32,000 bases of DNA from Gemmata obscuriglobus (GTDB lineage Bacteria > Planctomycetota > Planctomycetia > Gemmatales > Gemmataceae): the NCBI RefSeq assembly GCF_008065095.1, contig NZ_CP042911.1:4380001-4412000 (forward strand). The letters are read 5' to 3'. This document shows, piece after piece, positions 24,088 through 31,500 of this stretch. Positions within the stretch are counted from its first letter, which is position 1. Every line of letters begins with the position of its first letter. The notes under the pieces were generated by a model, which saw only the letters and a program-made list of their open reading frames with translations, did not search any database and was not told where the DNA came from. The position numbers and the translations under genes were made by a program.

Positions 24088-24501
24088 GTTTGGGGATAAC
24101 CCGGCGGCCAGGAACGCGGGGAACGAAGGGGCCATCTCGTGGATGCCGCCAAAGTCGTGATCCTCGACCAGCACTCGCCCGGACGAGAGCTCGATGCCGA
24201 ACGGGTTGCCGCCGCCATCCCAACCGATGATGAACACTCCTCGCATGTGCCAGAACTCGTTGTCCGCTCGGAACTGGCGGTGCGAATCGGCCAACTCGGG
24301 CAGCCCGTCGATCCACTCGCCGTCACCGCCCACGCGCCCGCCGCACACCGTCAGGTACTCGCGGAACGCTGGCGGGATCGTCCCGAACTCGACCTCGAAC
24401 GCCCGCAGGTCGCCCTCGGCGGCCGGCGGGTGGCGTTCCTCCTCAGGGCAGGCGTGCCACGCCGCGACAAGGAGTTGCCGCAGTCGCTCGTTCACATGCA
24501 A
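24052..24501 (-). CDS. SMI1/KNR4 (SUKH-1) family immunity-like protein, type B copy 2 (identical to 22697..23146)
   Basis: Identical protein in the ORF track, and the nucleotide sequence is identical by eye. Confidence 0.8.
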   Translation of the reverse strand: MHVNERLRQLLVAAWHACPEEERHPPAAEGDLRAFEVEFGTIPPAFREYLTVCGGRVGGDGEWIDGLPELADSHRQFRADNEFWHMRGVFIIGWDGGGNPFGIELSSGRVLVEDHDFGGIHEMAPSFPAFLAAGLSPNAEPGAAPDTAG

Positions 24502-24511
24502 GCCCTCTGTG

Positions 24512-24601
24512 GCCGAACAACAAGCTCACCTGCACCGCCAGGATCGAGTGAGCATCACAACGGTGGCCGATGGCGGTGTCAGGTGCAGCGCCGGGTTCGG
24601 C
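24512..24601 (-). repeat. attC: attC recombination site (90 bp)
   Basis: Same architecture. Confidence 0.85.
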
Positions 24602-24937
24602 TTCTGCGCGGGCCGTTGCGGTTCCGCGGAGCCCGCGCTCGTACCGCGCATCCGCGGAGCCACCACCGACCCGAACCGCCGTGTCCCGGCCCACCGAGGG
24701 CCACCCACCACCGCACCTCGCGGCGATGAGCCGCGCCCACCACCGACCCGTATCGGCGGAGCACCACCGACCCGCAATCACCGTGTCCCCACCCGCACCC
24801 GGCCACGACCAACCGCACCTCGCGGCGGTGAGCCGCGCCAGACCCGACCGGCACCACGCGGAGCACGACGCGTGGGGTTCACTCACGCGGACCACACGCA
24901 CACCGCCGCCGCACGCGCGATCCAGCGCCCTCGGGGT
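24602..24937 (-). repeat. ORF-less cassette, tandem-unit family (336 bp)
   Basis: Same family. Confidence 0.8.
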
Positions 24938-25028
24938 GCCGAACATACAGCTCACCTGCACCGCCATCACCGGATGAGCGGTGCGTCACAAGTCAGATGG
25001 CGGTGTCAGGTGCAGCGCCGGGTTCGGC
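24938..25028 (-). repeat. attC: attC recombination site (91 bp)
   Basis: Same architecture. Confidence 0.85.
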
Positions 25029-25030
25029 TC

Positions 25031-25444
25031 CTATCGAGCTGCTGGGAAGTCCGAAAACGAAGCCGTCACGAACTCCAGCGCGCCGTCCGCGGTTGAGCGG
25101 AAGCCCAGGCTCACCGTACCCGTCGGCGTGTCAATTACGCCCAGGTGCGACACCAGTTCCTCGGAAAGCAGGTGATAACCACTGGCCCCATTCCGGACGA
25201 CCGACACACGGTACCCACCGACCAGAGCCGGCTGATGTTGGAGGAGCCAATCGACCGTTCCCGCGTGCCCGTGGAGCAGCGGCTCGGCGGCCAGCGCGGT
25301 GCGATCCGAGGCGACAACCGCGGCGGCCACGCGCTCTGTTGCCGCGATGGCCTCAGGTGGGGCGGCTGACCGCTGACGAACCGCTACGACGGCCACGACC
25401 GAGAGGGTGGTGGCAACCGCCAGGACCGCGACGCGGGATCGCAT
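25031..25444 (-). CDS. secreted protein (signal peptide)
   Basis: 137 aa, ATG 25444, MRSRVAVLAVATTLSVVAVVAV... The stop is 2 nt from the attC. Confidence 0.7.
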   Translation of the reverse strand: MRSRVAVLAVATTLSVVAVVAVRQRSAAPPEAIAATERVAAAVVASDRTALAAEPLLHGHAGTVDWLLQHQPALVGGYRVSVVRNGASGYHLLSEELVSHLGVIDTPTGTVSLGFRSTADGALEFVTASFSDFPAAR

Positions 25445-25461
25445 TCTTGCGCCCTCTGGGT

Positions 25462-25551
25462 GCCGAACGAACAGCTCACCTGCACCGCCCCTCCCAAGGA
25501 GCGATGCGTCCCAAGTCAGCGGGCGGTGTCAGGTGCAGCGCCGGGTTCGGC
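25462..25551 (-). repeat. attC: attC recombination site (90 bp)
   Basis: Same architecture. Confidence 0.85.
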
Positions 25552-25883
25552 TTCTGCGCCCCGCGCCGCGCATCCGCGGAGCCCGCCCACCGACGCGGCC
25601 GAGCGGAGCCACCACCGACCCGACCCGCCGTGTCCCGGCACACCGGAGGCCACGCCCACCGCCACACGCGGCGACGAGCCGCGCCAACCACACACGGGCG
25701 GCACGCGGAGCACCACCGAACCGAAACGCCGTGTCCGCACCCGCCACCGGCCGCGCCCACCGCACCTCGCGGCGACGAGCCGCGCCCGGCACCCACGGGC
25801 ACCACGCAGAGCGCCACACCACCGCCTGATGCACTGCGGACCACACGCACACCGCCGCACGCGCACTCGCGCGGCTCTGGGTG
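25552..25883 (-). repeat. ORF-less cassette, tandem-unit family (332 bp)
   Basis: Same family. Confidence 0.8.
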
Positions 25884-25974
25884 GCCGAACATAAAGCTCA
25901 CCTGCACCGCCATCATACCGTCAGCGGTGCGTCGCAGTATAGCGGGCGGTGTCAGGTGCAGCGCCGGGTTCGGC
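25884..25974 (-). repeat. attC: attC recombination site (91 bp)
   Basis: Same architecture. Confidence 0.85.
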
Positions 25975-25982
25975 TGTCTTTG

Positions 25983-26621
25983 CTACCCAATCTGCTCCCG
26001 CACCGCCTGCCACTGCTCCCAAAGGCGTTCTGGGTGCAGGCGCGGGATCGGCATCTGTGCATCCAGCGAGGCGTAGAACCGCTCGGCCTGAGACAACGGC
26101 ATGGAGGTACACGCCGCCGTATCCCGGACCTCCAGCACCTCGGCCTCGGTAAGCGGCGCCCCCTTCTGCCTCTCCCGAGCGCGTAGGAGCATAGCCAGCG
26201 GATTGAGGAACACCGGAACGGTCAACTCGGGTAGGCCGGCCCGCCGGCGGACGCTGGTAAAGTTGGCATACACGTTATCGACCAGCACCCGCCAGTCGGA
26301 GACCCCGTAGTACGTGCGGCCGACCCCGATCAACTCGTGGTGGCCGGGGTGGTGGGCTTTGCTGCGGGCGGCGGCGTTCGCCTCCTCGACCAACCCGCCG
26401 CTCCACTTGGCGGCCGCCCCGACCCGCTCAATCATGCACCGCAACACGGCCGCATCGACATCCGCCACGGCGAGTCCCATCGCCCGCCCGGTATCCACCC
26501 CGAACCCGTAAAGGAGCATACCGAGGACAGAAACATTGAGGTCGTCACGTACCCAACGCCAGTCAGCGAGGACGGCGTCGGCCAGTTCGCCGACACGATC
26601 AGTCAAAGTGCCGCGCGCCAT
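25983..26621 (-). CDS. hypothetical cassette protein (212 aa)
   Basis: Track ORF 25983..26981 is a read-through. ATG 26621 follows GGGTGAGG. Confidence 0.65.
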   Translation of the reverse strand: MARGTLTDRVGELADAVLADWRWVRDDLNVSVLGMLLYGFGVDTGRAMGLAVADVDAAVLRCMIERVGAAAKWSGGLVEEANAAARSKAHHPGHHELIGVGRTYYGVSDWRVLVDNVYANFTSVRRRAGLPELTVPVFLNPLAMLLRARERQKGAPLTEAEVLEVRDTAACTSMPLSQAERFYASLDAQMPIPRLHPERLWEQWQAVREQIG

Positions 26622-26636
26622 CCTCACCCTCTTCTT

Positions 26637-26726
26637 GCCGAACAATAAGCTCACCGGCCGCGCACGCCGCGACACGGTCACCGAAGTACGCACTTTACAG
26701 CGGTCCGGTGCAGCGCCCGGTTCGGC
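26637..26726 (-). repeat. attC: attC recombination site, variant-stem class (90 bp)
   Basis: Same class as 10448-10537 and 16648-16737. Confidence 0.8.
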
Positions 26727-27060
26727 TTCTGCGCTGGCATTTGCGGTTCCGCGGAGCCCGCGCCCGCGTCGCACATCCGCGGAGCCACCACCGATCCGCA
26801 CCACCGTGCCGCGGCACACCGGGGGCCACCCAACACCGCACCTCGCGGCGGTGAGCCGCGCCAACCCCGACCGGCACCACGCGGAGCACCACCGACTCGC
26901 ACCACCGTGTCCCAAGGCACTGCCAGCCACGCCCACCCGCACCTCGCGGCGGTGAGCCGCGCCCGCACCCACGGGCACCATGCGAAGCCCGACACCCGGG
27001 GTTCACTTACGCGGACCACGCGCCCACCACCACCGCACGCGCGATCCAGCAGCGTCGGGT
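26727..27060 (-). repeat. ORF-less cassette, tandem-unit family (334 bp)
   Basis: Same family. Confidence 0.8.
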
Positions 27061-27151
27061 GCCGAACATAAAGCTCACCTGCACCGCCATCACACGATGA
27101 GCGGTGCGTCACAAGTCAGCGGGCGGTGTCAGGTGCAGCGCCGGGTTCGGC
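27061..27151 (-). repeat. attC: attC recombination site (91 bp)
   Basis: Same architecture. Confidence 0.85.
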
Positions 27152-27507
27152 TCGATGCCCTCGGCGGTTCGGGGTCGCACGCCGAGCGCCGCGCATCCGC
27201 AGAGCCCGCGGCACCGACGCGGCTGGGCGGAGCACCACCGACCCGACGCGCCGTGTCCCGGCACACCGGAGGCCGCCCACCACCGCACCTCGCGGCGATG
27301 AGCCGCGCCGACCACCCACGGGCCACACGCGGAGCACCACCGACCCGCACCGCCGTGTCCCGACACATCGGAGGCCACGCCCAACCGCAAGCTCGCGGCG
27401 ATGAGTCGCGCCAGACCCGACCGGCACCACGCGAAGCCCGACGCGCGCGGTTCACCACCGCGGACCACACGCACACCGCCGCACGCGCGATCCAGAACGC
27501 GATGGTT
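27152..27507 (-). repeat. ORF-less cassette, tandem-unit family (356 bp); first cassette of the array
   Basis: Same family. It abuts the lone R' core at 27508-27514. Confidence 0.8.
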
Positions 27508-27535
27508 GCCGAACCAGTGTTTAGTGTGCGAGGCT

Positions 27536-27551
27536 TCGCACAATAACACGG
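27536..27551. repeat. direct repeat TCGCACAATAACACGG (copy a)
   Basis: Identical 16-mer at 27690-27705 and a related copy at 27637-27651. Overlaps the palindrome TGTGCGA-GGCT-TCGCACA (27525-27542). Confidence 0.7.
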
Positions 27552-27636
27552 GACTATTTCACTCGGCGCACCACGCGCCGGGAACCGAACTACTGACCGG
27601 CCTTATCGTTACCGTGTGAAGGGCGTCTTCACAATA

Positions 27637-27651
27637 TGCGCAATAACGGGG
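27637..27651. repeat. direct repeat variant TGCGCAATAACGGGG (copy b)
   Basis: Shares the CAATAAC core. Confidence 0.55.
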
Positions 27652-27689
27652 TAATGGGCCGTGCGAAACTTCGACTCGGCCTTCACGGC

Positions 27690-27705
27690 TCGCACAATAA
27701 CACGG
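27690..27705. repeat. direct repeat TCGCACAATAACACGG (copy c)
   Basis: Identical to copy a. Confidence 0.7.
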
Positions 27706-28026
27706 TAACGGCTCGCGCGAACGGGAAGAGCACTTCGATACTTCGCCCGGTAACAATTGCCCCACTCGTGCGAGCCGACGCGTTCTTCCGCGCCGCCCGA
27801 GCCGGCACGCCCAGAAGTCTACCGGCGTCGTCGCCTGCGCTCAAGACCCTCATTTCTTTTCGGTCCAGTGCCCGCGCGCCCGTTCGTCCGTCTCGTTCCG
27901 CCGGCACATCACCCGTCGCGCCGCTCGTCATTTCATCCGGGCAACCCGGCTCGCCACACTGAACGCACTTACTTCCAGCGTTTCCGGGCGGCGTGCTGCC
28001 CGCGCGCGCCCCACACGGAGCGGGTC

Positions 28027-28545
28027 ATGGCGGTGTCGATCAGGCGGGAGAAGGGCGGGCAGGTGCACTACGCGGTGAGCCTGGACGCGCGGCTGTCGAG
28101 CGACGGCAGCGGGGTCCAGGTCGTCACCGGCACCGGGCAGGTGACCGAGTGGAGCCCGGACGCGGGCCGGGCCGGGCGGTTCCCGGACGCGCTCGGGCAG
28201 CACGCCGCCCGGCACTACAACGGCCGGGCCAACGCGGGCACCGTCACGTTCACGGACGAGCGCGGCCGGGTGCTGGCCGCGGTGGACGGCGCGGCCGCCC
28301 CGGAGCCGGACGAGACCGAGCTGCAGGAGCTCCGCGCCGAGCGGGACGAGTTCCGGCGGCAGGCGCGGGTGCTGGGCGACGAGGTCGAGCGGCTCCGCGC
28401 CGAGGCGGCGCAGCAGAAGACGTACGCCGACACGGCCGCCCAGGTGGACGAGGGGCGGCGCAAGGAGATCGCGGACCTGACCAGGAAGGTCGCCGAACTG
28501 GAGAAGCAACTTGCGGCCCGGCCCGCCGAGAAGCCGGGCAAGTAG
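28027..28545 (+). CDS. hypothetical protein with C-terminal coiled coil
   Basis: GGAG plus 6 nt plus ATG 28027. The upstream part of track ORF 27757..28545 is low-complexity. The C-terminal ELQELRAERDEFRRQARVLGDEVERLRAEAAQQ...KVAELEKQL has heptad character. Confidence 0.65.
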   Translation: MAVSIRREKGGQVHYAVSLDARLSSDGSGVQVVTGTGQVTEWSPDAGRAGRFPDALGQHAARHYNGRANAGTVTFTDERGRVLAAVDGAAAPEPDETELQELRAERDEFRRQARVLGDEVERLRAEAAQQKTYADTAAQVDEGRRKEIADLTRKVAELEKQLAARPAEKPGK

Positions 28546-28593
28546 CCGCACCCGGCCGAGCCGCACCCCTCTCATCCGCCGCGAGGCCCTCCC

Positions 28594-31500
28594 GTGCCGT
28601 CCGTCCTGTCCCGCCTCGCGAGCCTGTTCCCCGCGTACCGCCGCACCTACGCGCCGGCCGTGGCCACCCCCGAGGAGCGGGCGGCCCGGGTCATCGCGGC
28701 GGCCAAGGCCCAGATCGAGCAGTCCCGCCGGCGGCCGCGCCCGTCGTCGGACGAGAAGGTGCCGGTCAACTACAGCGGCGGGATCGCCGGCAAGGTGTGG
28801 TTCCACCCGTACCTGGACTCGGGCACCCGGGACACGCCCGAGATCCGCGCCGCCATGCGGCTCATGCGCCGCAGCCCGTGGGTCGCGACGGCCTGGGAGC
28901 CGGCGATCCTGACGGTCGCGGCCGAGGACTGGCAGGTGCAGGCGTCGGAGCCCGGGAACCCGGAGAGCGAGGAGCAGGCGGACGCGTTCAAGGCGATGAT
29001 CGAGGACTACCTGGCGGGCGGCATCATCTCGGTCGTGCGGGCCGTCTGCGCCCCGCTCGGGAGCGAGGGGCACTCGCTCGCCGAGCCGGTCTGGAACCCC
29101 GGCCGGCAGGGGAAGCTCGCGAAGCACATCGTCTGCACCAAGCTGTCGGCCAAGGACACCGACGACACGTGCGGCGACGTGCGGCTGGGCGGCGACACGT
29201 TCGGCAACGTGAAGTGGGTGCAGGCCCGGCGCGCGCCGGAGCAGCCCGCGTACCCCATTGAGGACTTCGTGTTCAGCCGGTACATGACGGTGTTCGACGA
29301 GCCGCTCGGGCTCGCCGCGTACCGCCCGGCGTACGGCGCGTGGTGGATGCTGGACACGGTGGACAAGCTCCGCGTGATCCACCACGAGAAGCGCATGGCC
29401 GGCATGCTCATGGGCACGTACCAGAGCGACGACGACAAGCCGGCGCTGGAGGACGCGCTGCGGAAGGCCAAGAGCGCCACCTGGATCGCCGTGCCCGAGG
29501 GGGTGCGGATCGAGGCGATCAACCTGTCGGCCGCCTCGGAGCCCGACTACAAGAGCTTCGCCGAGAGCAAGCGGGACGAGGTGGTCAGCGGGATCACGTT
29601 CGCCACGCTCCAGAGCCTGGTGAGCGCCGCCCCCGAGCTGCGCGGGGACTCGAAGGTCCAGAAGTCGATCGCCGACCTGGTGCCGTGGCTCCTGATGGCG
29701 CTGGTGACGGACGCGGTCAACAAGCAGCTCGCCCCCAAGTTCGTCGACTTCAACTACCCGTACCCGGCCGGCGGGGCGTACCCCAAGCTCACCTTCGGGG
29801 CGGCCAGCAACCAGGAGCTGCTCGAGCTGCTCCAGGTGGTGCAGGGGGCGCAGGCGATCGGGTTCACCGGCCCGAACGCGCTGTCCAAGAAGCACTACGC
29901 GAAGGCGTTCAGCCTCCAGCTCGCGGACCCGAACGACCCCGACGACGCGCTCCAGCTGCCCGGCCCAAGCGCCGACCCGATGGGCGGCATGGGCATGGGC
30001 GGCATGGGCGGCATGGGCGGTGGGTTCCCGCCCGGCCCGTCGATGGGGGGCGACCCCGCAATGCTCCCGCCCGGCGACCCGTCCGCCGGCGGTGGCGCGG
30101 CGGTGCCGTTCGCGGAACAGCGGGTGCACGTGTTCGGCTGGGACGACTGGAAGCAGACCAACACGCCCGCCGGCCCGCGCATGGTGAGCGCCAGCGGGAA
30201 GCGGTCGCTCACACTCGAGTCGTTCCAGCGGTTGAGTTCCCGGACCCGCGCGGGCGGCGCGCTGCCGAAGGCCCGGGGCGCCGGCCCGGCCCCGGTGCGG
30301 GCGCCCGCACCGCCCCAGGCGCCCGCCGCGCCGGAGCCCCCGGCCGCGCCGAAACCGCCCGCGTCGCCCGTGGCGCCGGCCGCTCCGACGCCCGCCTCCG
30401 TTGCTCCCGCGCCGACGACCGCCCGGGGCGCGCTCGCCGCCCGGCGGGCCGCGGCCGCGGCGGGGCGGGGCGCGAAGGCGGCGGCGCGGACGGCCGGGGA
30501 CGCGGCCGCGCTCGGGCTGGCCGGCGGGTCGTCCACGGTCCAGGGCGCGGGGTGGGCCGCCGAGAAGCTGGGGCAGGCGATCCGCCGGGTGCCGCTCCTC
30601 GACTCCGTCGGCGCGCCCCTCGAGCGGTTCGGCAAGGCGCTCAAGGACGAGGCCCGCTCGATCGCCATCCAGGCCATGATCCGCGGGCAGAAGGGCGCGG
30701 CCACCCGGAAGGCGGTCAAGCGGGTGCTCAAGGCCGCGGCCCCGGACTTCTACCGCAACTACAAGATCCACGGGCTGGGCAAGGCGCTGGTGATGGAGGC
30801 CGGCACCCTGGCGCTGTCGTTCACCCTCGGCACCGCGGCCGTCGGCGGGGCGCTGGCCCTGGCCGGGCTCGCGGGCGCCCCCGGCGTCGCGGGGCTGGCC
30901 GTCGGCACCGTCGCGGGCAAGGGCCTGACCGCGACCGCGCTCCTCGGGGCCGGGGCGAAAACGTACCTGTCCGGGGCCGTGTCCGGGATCATCCGCAAGG
31001 CGGTCCAGGCGCCGTTCTACGGCCGCTGGAACAACCTCCGCGGCACGCGCGGGGCGGGGACCGCGGTGCGCAAGGCGGACGCCGCGATGGAGGCCCGCCG
31101 CGCCCAGGACCTGGGCACCAACACCGGCGGGCTGCTCTCCCGCGCGAAGCGCGCCCTCTTGCTCAAGACCCGCGGGCCGAAGGCGGTGGCCCGCGCGGAG
31201 GCCCGGGCCAAGTTGAAGGCCGCCCGGGCGGGCATGGTGGCCGGGCCGAGCGCGGCCGTGGGCGCCGCCCGCAACGCGAACAACCGGGCCGGCGGGCGGG
31301 ACTTCTACCGCGGCCCGGGGCAGGCGTCGCAGCGGAAGTTCTTCGCCGAGGCCGCCGGCGACGACCCGCTCGGGTTCGTGGTCGCGTTCCGCGAGCAGGC
31401 CGAACGCGCGATCGGCCGCCCGGTGGACCTGACCGACGAGCAGCTCGCGGCGCTGCTGGCGGACCTGCTCGAGTACCTGGACGAGGCGACCGCCGCGGCG

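Larger units (their letters stand above)
1..27514 (-). mobile_element. integron-type gene-cassette array (partial, continues past window start): 45 attC sites plus a terminal R' half-site, cassettes read on the minus strand
   Basis: Regular GCCGAAC...GTTCGGC imperfect palindromes bracket single short co-oriented ORFs. Stops lie at or inside the repeat and starts mostly 14-25 nt after it. Exact cassette duplications end at the 7-bp cores. The right end has only the R' core, as expected at an attI junction. Confidence 0.85.
27508..27710 (-). other. candidate attI-like junction region (array-proximal end)
   Basis: Only the 7-bp core (GTTCGGC in minus sense) is present, with no partner arm. In minus sense the sequence immediately upstream is CACACTAAACACTG|GTTCGGC, preceded by three direct repeats containing GTTATTG. 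Confidence 0.35.

Noticed and set aside
456-27151. The regularly spaced ~91-bp repeats could be a CRISPR array.
   Set aside because: The repeats are too long and are imperfect palindromes with inverse 7-bp cores. The spacers are 170-970 bp, contain SD-preceded ORFs or paralogous sequences, and some are duplicated. No cas genes are present.
456-27151. The 91-bp palindromes could be REP/BIME or MITE elements.
   Set aside because: They strictly alternate with single co-oriented ORFs, carry asymmetric bulged bases on one arm only, show no target-site duplications, and bound two exact cassette duplications at their cores. An attC interpretation fits better.
27515-27780. A possible Pc-like cassette promoter.
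   Set aside because: A few AT-richer hexamers exist (for example TATTGT, CATATT on the minus strand), but there is no convincing -35/-10 pair. Planctomycete promoter consensus is also uncertain, so nothing is callable from sequence alone.
27515-28026. A possible integron integrase gene or pseudogene next to the attI-like junction.
   Set aside because: No frame on either strand shows tyrosine-recombinase motifs (R..H-x-x-R..Y). Only low-complexity short ORFs are present.
27993-29261. Plus-strand ORFs 27993..29261 and 28511..28912.
   Set aside because: They are out of frame with the two convincing plus-strand genes (28027..28545 and 28594..) and have Arg/Gly/Pro-rich junk composition.
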